A DNA stretch of 61,029 bases, counting the filler. It is 7 parts of 7 records of this genome, joined end to end, with 100 filler letters (N's around TTAATTAATTAA, not from the genome) between each part and the next. Parts side by side here need not be neighbours in the genome. Positions count along the whole stretch, not along the records: positions 47,640 to 55,132 come from DRR723986_59294; positions 55,233 to 61,029 come from DRR723986_61016; 5 more parts are not named here. The stretch is one strand, 5' to 3'. The first letter of the stretch is position 1. Every line of letters starts with the position of its first letter. A program made the position numbers and the translations under genes. Positions 51,667-61,002 of the stretch are shown here, piece after piece. The notes beneath the pieces were generated by a model. That model did no database searches, had not been told where the DNA came from, and saw only the letters and a program-made list of their open reading frames with translations.

Positions 51667-52395
51667 CTTCGTGCCTGGCCAACGTCATTGCCGGCCAGAT
51701 TATTCATTGGTGTTGAATTGTCACTTATAACTGTAGTCTGGTATTTTTTCTGCCTTTGAACTTTCTGCCTGTTTGACTGGAGCTTGTGAACTCCCACCTG
51801 AGCACCCTTGAGCCCTCACACTCATCCCTCACAGTCATCTATCACACTCATCCATCACACTGGGTTCGGTCTCGGGTTTTCTGACCTTCTTGTTAAGCTG
51901 TGAGACCAGAGCCGCAAGCATCACAGTCCGCCTCAAATCTGGAAGCTGCGAGACTTGAGCATAGTTGTACGTCTTCCGGTTGCTGAATGCAAAACTAGCA
52001 TAAAACAAAAGCAAGCCACTGACCGTAGAGAAGGGGCGAAGCACTCATGCGCCAGGTGTAGCGCTGTAATCCAGGTGCGTACGCGCCTTTATGCCATTGA
52101 CGATATTATAAACTATACTTTAAACAACAATGCCGGAAACGGACTGTTATCCGCCTCCGGCACAACTGAAATGCTCCAACCGATTTGCGTATTCGCGAGA
52201 CTTTCCAGCAGCAGGGCAGCCCAGCTCTAAACGCCCAGTGGTGTCTCCGCACCATCAACCTACTATCCGGCAAATCAGTGCATAAGAATATTCAATCTTA
52301 AGGGAAATACGCTCAACAAAATAACGGACCACGTTGCATTGTACTTCGGGGATTAGTTTCAATACATCATGGCCCGTTGCAATTTTTAGCGCGTC

Positions 52396-52563
52396 CTAGA
52401 AACTTGCTCCAGTGAAGTCAAAAACCAGTGAGAGCAGGAAGAGTACCAAAAAGATAAAGAAGATCACTTTGGCGATGCCTGCGGCAGCACGTGCCACGCC
52501 TGTGAATCCAAAAACAGCTGCTATAATCGCAACCACCAGGAATACTATTGTCCATGCCAACAT
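52396..52563 (-). CDS. DUF1328 (YtjA-like) small membrane protein, missed by the ORF track
   Basis: 55 aa: [55 protein letters not shown]. Confidence 0.92.
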   Translation of the reverse strand: MLAWTIVFLVVAIIAAVFGFTGVARAAAGIAKVIFFIFLVLFLLSLVFDFTGASF

Positions 52564-52678
52564 AGTTGTAGGTCCTTCCAGAAATTGATGTGTTGATACC
52601 TTCCATTATTTATTGATATTCTGGCAGATATTAACACCATAATTTGAAAACATGTTTACTGTTGTGCTAACATTCGGC

Positions 52679-54685
52679 TTAGCGTTTAACCAACTCAATA
52701 ATTACCGTGCGGTTATAGAACCGACCCTCCGGCAGGGAGTTGTCAAAATTAAAGCGCTGATCCGACTCGCCATATGGAATCGTCTCAATCTCGGCTTTAA
52801 CACCACGACTGTTAACCGCCTTGCGTAATACGTCGCGAACTTCCGTGGCGCGCTGCTGTGAAATTTCGTAGTTGGCTTCCCGTGTACCGATAACATCAGT
52901 GTGACCATACAGCAGGACTTCATAATTTGTGCTAATTAATGGAGCCACTTCATTTCGTAGGAACTTGTCATAGGTTCTGACTGCATCGTCCGCGCCAAAG
53001 GGGAAGACGATAGAGTAGCGTACGCCTTCAAGAACAACGTCGTCTTTAACCTTGCGGCGCAGGCTAAACTTCTCTTCGTGGCGCTGGACCGATCCATTAC
53101 GCATTTCGATTTCAACCTTGGCGGTGTAGCTGCCTGAACGCGCATCGCCCATAAAGCTGACTGGATCGATACGCTGTACGGTACGGCGCAATGGTCCGTA
53201 ACGTTTTGTGCCATTACTACCTTCAACCGTCACAAACCAGCGGCGGACATCCACGATTGAGCTCAGGCCCACCACGATGTCATTGCTGATATTGGCGTCG
53301 CGAACCTGTTCAATTTTTACGGGTTTACGCAGAGCGGGGTCGCTGCTAACAATTTCTACGCGGCGATTTTCCTGAGCCACGAGGTCCAGGTCTTTCTGCG
53401 GTGTACCGGCGGATCCGGATGGATCGCGCGGCATTTTACGTCCTTCAACTTCAATGCGGCTAGTTTCGATGCCGAACACCGAATTCAGGTAATCGCGCAC
53501 CGAGGTCGCCAGTTCCGCACCATTGTTTTCAGCAGGCGCCGAACCGATCAGTTTAACCTTAGTGGCAGGATTATCGCGCATGCGCGCACCGAGAACGTTG
53601 AGCACATTGTAGTAGGATTTCATCTGCTGACTGTAGCGCTCGGAGCTGTTAAGTTCGCCGATGCGGCTGTCTTTCATCAGCTTGTCTTCCACAAAACTCT
53701 GCGCATCGCTTTTGTTTAAGCGAACGTATCGCGCCGGAATTGCTGTCCGGCCCGGCTCAAAAAATACCTGTGGAATCAGCGGGAAAAACTCTTCGACGCG
53801 CTGCTGGCGAATCAGGCCGTCCAGCGGCGTAAAAACGCGCGCATTGATGCTGCTAAGGGGTGCCTCGGGTTCACTAAATGAGATGCCGGGCTCCTTTTTT
53901 GCCGCTGGTTCGCCGCCAAACTGCATCGTAAGCGCCAGACCGGCACGTACGCTGACCGTACTCCAGATATCGTCAATTGCGTCCTGTTCATCACTTGCCG
54001 GGAGTTTACTCTCGCGCTGATTGACCATCCAGCTGCCTTCCAGGAAGGGGCTGAGCACCCAATTAGTTGCCGCCGGTTCGCCGAGGACAAAGTCCATACC
54101 AACGCCGCCGGATATGCCATACGTGGGGCTGTTGGCCTGATCTAACTCCACGTCACTGAAGCGTTCGGTTTCTGCCGGGCCAACTTCAAGGTCAAATTCA
54201 GCAGCAGTATTAAACGCCAGGAGGGGGCCAACCGTGAAAAAGGGGGCATTTCTGTCAAAAGGGGCTATGCGCAGCAGTGTTTCGATGCTCACATATTCCA
54301 TTTTGGCATCAAAGGTCTGCTCCGGTGATTTGTTTATCTCCGTAGCATCGCCGGAACGTGAGTCATAACTCACACGCAATTGCCCGCCCCACCAACTTTC
54401 GGAGAGATATTCGGCACGCAGGCCACCATAGATTCCAAGGCCACTGCCATCATTTAATTCAAAGCTTCTAAAGTTTACAGCATCTGTGCCCGGAACAGGT
54501 AAGTCCTGGAAGCCCAGCCCAAGGAAATTCAGATTGGCACCCGCATGCACGCCAAAACGCCACAGGCCTTCCGCATTGGAATCTTGCTTGTTTGACTGAG
54601 AAAAAGCCGTCGTGGCTGGTAAAATGAGCAAAGCAGTTGCATACAGCAGAGACATATGTATCTGCCGCGTTCGGAATTCACGCAT
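52679..54685 (-). CDS. OmpA family protein (N-terminal beta-barrel, two OmpA-like domains)
   Basis: Signal peptide; LIGSAP...NRRVEI; GHTDVIG...NYEISQQRA...NRTVII. Confidence 0.88.
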   Translation of the reverse strand: MREFRTRQIHMSLLYATALLILPATTAFSQSNKQDSNAEGLWRFGVHAGANLNFLGLGFQDLPVPGTDAVNFRSFELNDGSGLGIYGGLRAEYLSESWWGGQLRVSYDSRSGDATEINKSPEQTFDAKMEYVSIETLLRIAPFDRNAPFFTVGPLLAFNTAAEFDLEVGPAETERFSDVELDQANSPTYGISGGVGMDFVLGEPAATNWVLSPFLEGSWMVNQRESKLPASDEQDAIDDIWSTVSVRAGLALTMQFGGEPAAKKEPGISFSEPEAPLSSINARVFTPLDGLIRQQRVEEFFPLIPQVFFEPGRTAIPARYVRLNKSDAQSFVEDKLMKDSRIGELNSSERYSQQMKSYYNVLNVLGARMRDNPATKVKLIGSAPAENNGAELATSVRDYLNSVFGIETSRIEVEGRKMPRDPSGSAGTPQKDLDLVAQENRRVEIVSSDPALRKPVKIEQVRDANISNDIVVGLSSIVDVRRWFVTVEGSNGTKRYGPLRRTVQRIDPVSFMGDARSGSYTAKVEIEMRNGSVQRHEEKFSLRRKVKDDVVLEGVRYSIVFPFGADDAVRTYDKFLRNEVAPLISTNYEVLLYGHTDVIGTREANYEISQQRATEVRDVLRKAVNSRGVKAEIETIPYGESDQRFNFDNSLPEGRFYNRTVIIELVKR

Positions 54686-55103
54686 TATAATACCTGAGAA
54701 AATGAATAAATCAATGCAGTGTGGGTGGTTGGCAAGTTGTGCATTTAAGTCTGGTTTCAATGATCAGAATACATGTAAATTTACCGCGATTACCACTATT
54801 TAGTTTTATGGGTACCGGCATCTTTTCGACAGGATCGTTCTCAAGGGTTTCACGGTATTTACGGTTTTCATGGTTGTCGTGGAAGTGATGGTTTTTAAGG
54901 TCGTCATTGGGTAGAGACGAGGCATGCCAAGCCTCCCATACTTTGCAATTCTCGACGATGGATAAAAAAATTGTAGCGCTGTCGGTAGTCATCAATTGAT
55001 GAATTGCCGTCTTGATAATTGGCACTATCTCTGGGTTCGTTGCTTGTTTGCTGTTGGGTGCAGCGGTGTTAATCATTGCAACTCTTGGCACTGCGGGATA
55101 GTA

Positions 55104-55130
55104 GCTCACAGCCCTAAGTGCTGTGAGCCG
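55104..55130. repeat. TAA-centred inverted pair resembling abutting IS termini
   Basis: GCTCACAGCCC-TAA-GTGCTGTGAGCCG; the right half is identical to the start of the contig. Confidence 0.55.
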
Positions 55131-55132
55131 AA

Positions 55133-55232
55133 NNNNNNNNNNNNNNNNNNNNNNNNNNNNNNNNNNNNNNNNNNNNTTAATTAATTAANNNNNNNNNNNN
55201 NNNNNNNNNNNNNNNNNNNNNNNNNNNNNNNN
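55133..55232. other. artificial contig linker
   Basis: N run with TTAATTAATTAA. Confidence 0.99.
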
Positions 55233-55259
55233 TATTTTCCTGATCCTGACAGGCTTGTT
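55233..55259 (+). repeat. terminal direct repeat, left copy (27 nt)
   Basis: TATTTTCCTGATCCTGACAGGCTTGTT is identical to 61003-61029. Confidence 0.97.
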
Positions 55260-55332
55260 CCTCGCTCTTGTCGCCGCGCTCTATTTCGTGGAGCGACCGA
55301 AACCGGCACCTGCCGGTGGTGGCGGTCATTGA
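55234..55332 (+). CDS. 3' end fragment of a probable DHA2/EmrB MFS transporter
   Basis: IFLILTGLFLALVAALYFVERPKPAPAGGGGH*: a final TM helix plus P/A/G-His tail, as recalled for alphaproteobacterial EmrB. Confidence 0.6.
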   Translation: MFLILTGLFLALVAALYFVERPKPAPAGGGGH

Positions 55333-55374
55333 TTTCAAGATAGTGGATCATCCGGACGAGCACTGCCGTGTCGA

Positions 55375-57429
55375 TCAGGCCTTTCTGTCCGGTCCGAAAC
55401 GAATTCTTCGTTGCATCCGGCCGCCGCCAATTCGCGTATTGGCCGGTCTTGACGGTGGCGGATGATCGTCAAATGCAGCCTGTGCACTGACGTCACCCTT
55501 CGTTGCGGTTTGGCCTTGTGCAAGCCTGTCGGCCATCCATCGGGCAACCTGAGGCGTCGCGACACTGGTTCCGTCGAGAGACACAAGCGATCCGCAGCGT
55601 GATCCGGCACTCAATATGCCTCGCAGGACCGGTGTGTCGTCGCTGACCGCGGCCGCATCCGGACCGTTTCTCGTCGGACCGGTTGCATTGAATGCCGTTG
55701 TTACCGGACCGGCGGCAGAATAGCCGGCCAGATCGTTGCGGGTTTCGACATATCCAGCAAGAACGGCGGGAAACTCGCCGCAGGCAAAGCCGCTTATGGT
55801 GCCGCTGCGTTTGACCAGGCAATCGGATCCGGGCGGATCGATCGGCAAGGGGGCACCAAAGCTGTCGAAACGCTGATAGTCGTCATTGTCGAAATAGGAT
55901 TGACGTCCCAATGCCGGGAACCCGGGCAAGGTTTCGTCGCGCCGGATCCAGACCTGAACCCGATCGGCTTCGGTCAGGGCAACATTCTCGATTTCGATTT
56001 TCCAGACACCGGAAGGTGCCAAATCATCCGTGACGTCGTGATGAAAGGTCGGGTGAACGCCGACGACAATGCAACCGCGCCAGGTTGGCGCGTGGGGAGG
56101 TGTGTAGAGGATCCGGCCGAATTCCACGTTGTCTCCGGAATGGAGGATCGCAGTCTCTCCAGGCACTGTTGAAACCGGCGTACTCCTCGGTCCCACGGGC
56201 GGCGTAACGCGCACTCTCACAAGGTTGTCGGGGTTCTCCTTCGGCGGCATCCAGATCTCGACGTAGCTCGCGCTGCGGTCGTCAGGCTGAATGCGCCAGT
56301 CGAGGCTTGCGGGCCTGACGTTACCCGTATCCTCATCCGTGAAGGTAATCTCCGCGTGGGTGCGCGCCAGATTGCCGTTCCCGGCAGGAAGAGTTACCTG
56401 AATTTCACGCTGGGTGGTCGAGTGAAGCTCGTGATCGATCTTCGCTTCGATCAGACCGGTACCATCGTGCGGTCCTGCAAAATTCCCGAAACTGAAATTG
56501 ACCACCAGCGGGATCCGCTTGCCGTGATCGGTATCGAGCCGGAAGCGTTCCGCGTGTATCTTGATGAAGTCGATCGCGCGTCCCAGAGCTGGCAGGATCT
56601 GCGCTCCGCTGACATCCATGGTGAGATCGGTTGGCAACTGCACGCAGATGATGGGGCGCGTGTTGTCCTTCGTGCCGGGTTGGTAACCGGCGGCAAGTCC
56701 CATCACATGGGTGCCGTGGGACACGCGCATGGCGGCCGGCTTGAGCCCGGGCCAGCTGTAGTCGATCAATCCGCACTGACTGTAGAAGCGGTTCTCATCG
56801 AGGAGCCCGCTGGCCGTGTTCGCGGCAAGCAACCCGTCGATTTCGCTCCTGGCAAGGGCGTGTCCCTGCGGGACGACGAGGGTGCCGGTCCGCGGTTTGG
56901 CGTCCATGATCCAGGCAAAGGAAACGCGTGACGCATTTGGGTCGGTTTTCCGGAAAAGTTCATGGCCGAACGCGATGCCGTTGTCGATGACAGCGGTAAC
57001 AACGGAACCATCCTCGACAAATATTTCCGGCAGATTGCCGGGCATGATCTGCGTGCTCGTGTCGAGCTGTCCAACCGGAACGACAGTCCCAAGGATGATG
57101 CGTTTTATGCCGAGTTGTCCCGCGTTCCTCGTCGCTTCCTGCAAGAAGATGTCTTTTGCGTAGAGTGAGGGATACAGGATCGCTTCTTTGGCCGCCCGCT
57201 CTTGCGCGGTATAGAAATTCGGGATGAGGACTGCGTCCTCAAGCCCGTTGCCACCGCCGATATCCTTGGCCCTGGCGATCAGATCATCGAGTGAGATGTC
57301 ATCGAGCTCGACGAGGATGTCCCACCAAGTGTCTTCTTCTCCGGATCCGAACTTTGCTGCAACAGCCAGCCGCCAGTTCGTGACCGGATCGATTGAAAAT
57401 TCATCAAGGGTTCCGTTGGTATCCGACAT
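55375..57429 (-). CDS. S8 family subtilisin-like serine protease, no signal peptide
   Basis: AVIDNG (Asp), HGTHVMGLAAG (His), PAGNGN (oxyanion Asn), GTSVATP (Ser); RBS GGAGG. Confidence 0.92.
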   Translation of the reverse strand: MSDTNGTLDEFSIDPVTNWRLAVAAKFGSGEEDTWWDILVELDDISLDDLIARAKDIGGGNGLEDAVLIPNFYTAQERAAKEAILYPSLYAKDIFLQEATRNAGQLGIKRIILGTVVPVGQLDTSTQIMPGNLPEIFVEDGSVVTAVIDNGIAFGHELFRKTDPNASRVSFAWIMDAKPRTGTLVVPQGHALARSEIDGLLAANTASGLLDENRFYSQCGLIDYSWPGLKPAAMRVSHGTHVMGLAAGYQPGTKDNTRPIICVQLPTDLTMDVSGAQILPALGRAIDFIKIHAERFRLDTDHGKRIPLVVNFSFGNFAGPHDGTGLIEAKIDHELHSTTQREIQVTLPAGNGNLARTHAEITFTDEDTGNVRPASLDWRIQPDDRSASYVEIWMPPKENPDNLVRVRVTPPVGPRSTPVSTVPGETAILHSGDNVEFGRILYTPPHAPTWRGCIVVGVHPTFHHDVTDDLAPSGVWKIEIENVALTEADRVQVWIRRDETLPGFPALGRQSYFDNDDYQRFDSFGAPLPIDPPGSDCLVKRSGTISGFACGEFPAVLAGYVETRNDLAGYSAAGPVTTAFNATGPTRNGPDAAAVSDDTPVLRGILSAGSRCGSLVSLDGTSVATPQVARWMADRLAQGQTATKGDVSAQAAFDDHPPPSRPANTRIGGGRMQRRIRFGPDRKA

Positions 57430-57461
57430 GACTTGACCTCCGGTTCGACTTTGCTATGCGA

Positions 57462-58760
57462 TCACGAGCCGTCGTCTTCCAAAGGCGAGGCACCATCACC
57501 ACCATCCTCGAGTGTTCCGCCACCGCTGCTGCCACCGGCACAGGGTTCCCTCAGGTCCAGCCATTCCTGCTTTGCGCGGTTCCACAGCCAGGCCAGCGGC
57601 CTGGATTGAATGGTCGTGCCGGTGAGGGACGTTGTGGTTTCGTCGGCCCAGGCTCCCGGGTCCTTCTGAGTGTGGGTTGCCGGATCGTAGAGCTGTGTCC
57701 AGTCGAAATCCCGGCTGTCAGGGTACTGGTCGCCGTGGAAAGCCCATCCCTTGATTTCATTGGAACCCTGGCACCGACCCGCGAAATAGGCGCCGAGCGT
57801 AAGTCCGAGAATTGCGCCGGCCTCGCTGTCTACCGGAAAATGTACACCCGCGACGGTGCGGTTTACTGCAATGCGCGAGGCCTGGCGCATGAACATCTTG
57901 CCCCAGATCGTGTCGTCATAAGGCACGACACCGGCATCCCTCAGGAGGAGCCAAAGGACCCGGGCCAGCGTGAAGGCTTCCGTCGAATGACCGCTCGGCA
58001 GGGTGCCATGCGTGGGCGTCAGGATCATCGGCTGGATCTGCGGGGAGAATTCTATCGGACGCTTGCAGGCCAGGGCATACTTGATCCGCATCTCCACCAG
58101 GTTGGCGAGACCCTGCGCAGTTGCCAACAGCTCGATCGTATATGGTGTTCGAGCCGGTGCGATGAATGCGATTGACCGCAGAAATTCAACAGGTGTGCTG
58201 AGTTGGGCGATAATTTCAGCCGCACGATCCTGCCGCAGGTCTGCATAATTTGCCACGAGATCGAGCTGCTTCTTGAAGATCGCCATGGTTGGGCGAGACA
58301 TCCTGGCGAGCATGGCATAAGCCGCGAGTGGCGTATCGGTCCCGTCAGGGTTGCTGGTCACGTTCAGGTGCCATACCTGAGCCGTTCCGGAGCACGTTCC
58401 CTCAAACTTGAAGGTGAAGCCGAGCCTCGATGCCAGTTCAAGTGTGTAAATGCTTTGCCGGACTTCCGGAGAGAGGCGGCCTAGAAAAGCATCGTATTCC
58501 GGGCAGTTTTCCTGGATGGCCGCCGTAACAGTCTGCCAGGTTCCGGCAATGCCATCGTGATTGGTGATCAGCGCGTTCACGATCAGCGGTGCATCGAAGG
58601 AAGGGGCGCCGCCAAACCCGCCAAAACCACCAAATCCCCCGAAGCCTCCAAACCCTCCGAACCCGCCAAATCCCCCGAAGCCGCCGAAGCCCCCAAATCC
58701 TCCAAAGCCTCCGAAGCCTCCGAAGCCGCCTGCCGGATATGCTGTTTCCCTAGGTGTCAT
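57462..58760 (-). CDS. PAP2 / vanadium-haloperoxidase superfamily enzyme with N-terminal (GGF)13 tract
   Basis: K-x6-RP (KYALACKRP), PSGH, R-x5-H-x3-D (RTVAGVHFPVD). Confidence 0.9.
   Translation of the reverse strand: MTPRETAYPAGGFGGFGGFGGFGGFGGFGGFGGFGGFGGFGGFGGFGGFGGAPSFDAPLIVNALITNHDGIAGTWQTVTAAIQENCPEYDAFLGRLSPEVRQSIYTLELASRLGFTFKFEGTCSGTAQVWHLNVTSNPDGTDTPLAAYAMLARMSRPTMAIFKKQLDLVANYADLRQDRAAEIIAQLSTPVEFLRSIAFIAPARTPYTIELLATAQGLANLVEMRIKYALACKRPIEFSPQIQPMILTPTHGTLPSGHSTEAFTLARVLWLLLRDAGVVPYDDTIWGKMFMRQASRIAVNRTVAGVHFPVDSEAGAILGLTLGAYFAGRCQGSNEIKGWAFHGDQYPDSRDFDWTQLYDPATHTQKDPGAWADETTTSLTGTTIQSRPLAWLWNRAKQEWLDLREPCAGGSSGGGTLEDGGDGASPLEDDGS
58608..58730 (-). repeat. coding tripeptide repeat (Gly-Gly-Phe)13-Gly-Gly
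   Basis: 9-nt units GGN-GGN-TTY with mixed synonymous codons. Confidence 0.95.
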
Positions 58761-58805
58761 GACTAACTCTCCCTACCTTTTTGATTGGCCGGTTCCGCTC
58801 CATTC

Positions 58806-60605
58806 TCAGGGCGGCAGTCCGGCTTGCCTTAGGGTTTCGGCGAAGTCCTTCCCAACCTGAAACTGCGCACTTGGCGAATTCTTCAGCCAGCGGCTTACGG
58901 TCAGATCCGGCTGACGCTCGCGCAGTTCGCTGATGGTCTGAGCTGCCAGTTCGGTGTGTCCAAGGCGCATTTCCGCGACAGCCTTGGCACGCAGCGTCGA
59001 GGTGTGCGCGCGGTTGGAGCGAAGCGACTGGTTGGCGAACTCGAGAGCGCGGTCATATTTTTCGGCCGTAACGCAGGCGGATGCCGCAAGCGACAGGAAA
59101 AAGTACCTGTAGGGATCGATGGGAGACAGGCGGAGGGCCAGTTCCGTGTCCTTGACAGCTTCCTCGCCAGCTCCCTTGAACGCGAAGAGAGTGCCGCGCA
59201 GCAGGCGACCCATGGCGTAATTCGGATTGTACTCGAGGGCCATGTTGTAACGCTGTTCAGCTTCTTCGAGCTTGTGCGCGAGATTCGTGAGGGCAAATCC
59301 TTCGGACACAAGGGCCGTGACATTTGTCGGGTCGTGGTCGAGCGCGGTTTGCGTGCAGCTCAAGGCAAGGGATTTTTCGCGCTCGGGCGAATCCGTCCAC
59401 CCCTGTTGAACCGCCAGAACGTGCCATTTTGCCTTCCATGCCAAGGCCATTGCGGGTTGGCGCGACGAACGGTGAATCAGTTCGTCAAGAAGTTCGGCGG
59501 CGTATTCGAAATGATGGCGCGAGAGCCTGTAGATCAGTCCGATCGCGCTCATGAGAAGCGAATAGGCATCGAGTGTCTGCATCGGGCAGGAAAGTGCCTG
59601 TTGCACCTCGCTCCGGAAGATTGCCGCGTGGCAGTCCTTGGCGAACTGATAAATGACGGATGAATCGCTAAGGAGGGTAGGAACCTCCTCGCTCAGGCGA
59701 TCCGACCAGATCACGCGACCGGTTTTTGCGTCGGCGAGTTCCGCGTCAAGAATTACGTGGTTCGCATCACCGCTATAGGTCCCCGACAGGACAAAATCCG
59801 CCTGAAGCGTCTCCGAGATCTTGGCAAGGGAGATGTTCCGCATGCGAAAACCTGTCGTCGAAAGGCGGGAAATGACATTGAGTTCCGAGGACCGCGACAG
59901 TGCGACGATCAATTCCTCTGCGAGCACTTCACCGAGCACGTAATTGTCTCTTGATCTGCTGCGTGGCGTGAAGGGAATAACCGCGACGGTGGGGAACAGG
60001 TCTTCGAATTGCTGTAACGGGAAAATGCTCGGGTGAGTTCCCACGGGATGAACCCTGAAGGCCCGCACCGTCTCGGCGACATTCTTGAGGTGGCAATCCC
60101 CAAGATCCTCGAATTCCGCGTCGAGTTCGCTTGCCAATGCATCCCTGACCTCCGCGGAGGCAACGATCTCTCCGGGGCGGGCAAGCGACATGAGACGGGC
60201 GGCAATGTTGACGTGGTTGCCATAAATGTCGTCATCGCCGGTGGTGAGCACGTCGCCGGTGTCGATACCGATGCGTACCTGCAACCGGTTCACGGCAGGG
60301 AGTTGCTCGTTGATCTTTGCCAGTTCCGCTGTGAGACGCATTGCAAACCGGACTGCGCTTGTTGCGTGCTCGATTTCAGCCAGAATGCCGTCGCCCAAGG
60401 ACTTCACGAGCCTGCCATCGTGTTCCGGCAGAAGGTCATCTTTCAGGTAGGCGACAAAGGAGAGCCAAGCTCCTATGGATGCATTGTCGGCGGTCGTAAA
60501 CAGCCGCGCAGATCCAACTACGTCGGCAAAAAGTATTACTTTCTGCCGATTCTCCCATTTTTCGAATAGCCGTACGGGCTTTCGGTATTCAGCGGCTGCC
60601 TGCAT
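58806..60605 (-). CDS. class III adenylate cyclase with TolB-N-like and TPR domains
   Basis: LFADVVGS, VKSLGDG, RIGIDTG, DIYGNHVNIAARL; PTVAVIPF; TPR repeats (ALEYNPN, ALRLSP). Confidence 0.93.
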   Translation of the reverse strand: MQAAAEYRKPVRLFEKWENRQKVILFADVVGSARLFTTADNASIGAWLSFVAYLKDDLLPEHDGRLVKSLGDGILAEIEHATSAVRFAMRLTAELAKINEQLPAVNRLQVRIGIDTGDVLTTGDDDIYGNHVNIAARLMSLARPGEIVASAEVRDALASELDAEFEDLGDCHLKNVAETVRAFRVHPVGTHPSIFPLQQFEDLFPTVAVIPFTPRSRSRDNYVLGEVLAEELIVALSRSSELNVISRLSTTGFRMRNISLAKISETLQADFVLSGTYSGDANHVILDAELADAKTGRVIWSDRLSEEVPTLLSDSSVIYQFAKDCHAAIFRSEVQQALSCPMQTLDAYSLLMSAIGLIYRLSRHHFEYAAELLDELIHRSSRQPAMALAWKAKWHVLAVQQGWTDSPEREKSLALSCTQTALDHDPTNVTALVSEGFALTNLAHKLEEAEQRYNMALEYNPNYAMGRLLRGTLFAFKGAGEEAVKDTELALRLSPIDPYRYFFLSLAASACVTAEKYDRALEFANQSLRSNRAHTSTLRAKAVAEMRLGHTELAAQTISELRERQPDLTVSRWLKNSPSAQFQVGKDFAETLRQAGLPP

Positions 60606-61002
60606 GAATTTCCTCGCAGCGACAAAAACGTACCACCTGAAAACAGTCTAAAATCAAAGATCAGGCACCAATTTTTCCCAGAAATAATGATATGACGAAT
60701 AATGATTGTTTCGCATAGACAGGTTTTCATACGCGTTTTCAACGCGAGCTACGCTACGGCCAGGCGAAATCGCTCTGTGTCCACTTGCGTGTTCGATAAT
60801 ATCTTTCTTTTTGCCGCTTCTAGCTTGCCTTCAATCTAGTCATCTGTAAAGCAATACCGTTATTACGCTAGGGAAGTTTTCCTTAAATATTTAAATTTGA
60901 TTGTTTTGGGTGCGCATTTGCACTCGATCGTCGGAAAACAGGGAGGCGATGTGCTCTCGGTGCAATTGGCACTCGTGAAGCCTTCCGGCTGTCCTTCTTG
61001 GA

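Noticed and set aside
7096-55232. Recurrent TTAATTAATTAA within N runs, and ORFs ending ...XXLIN
   Set aside because: Artificial concatenation linkers. Genes on different contigs must not be read as one locus.
58557-58860. Plus-strand PPKPPN / SPEA repeat ORFs
   Set aside because: Antisense shadows of the (GGF)13 tract. The minus-strand frame has an RBS and catalytic motifs.
60606-61002. Plasmid origin of replication
   Set aside because: There is an AT-rich patch but no iterons, DnaA-box array or rep gene. It is more likely the operon promoter region.
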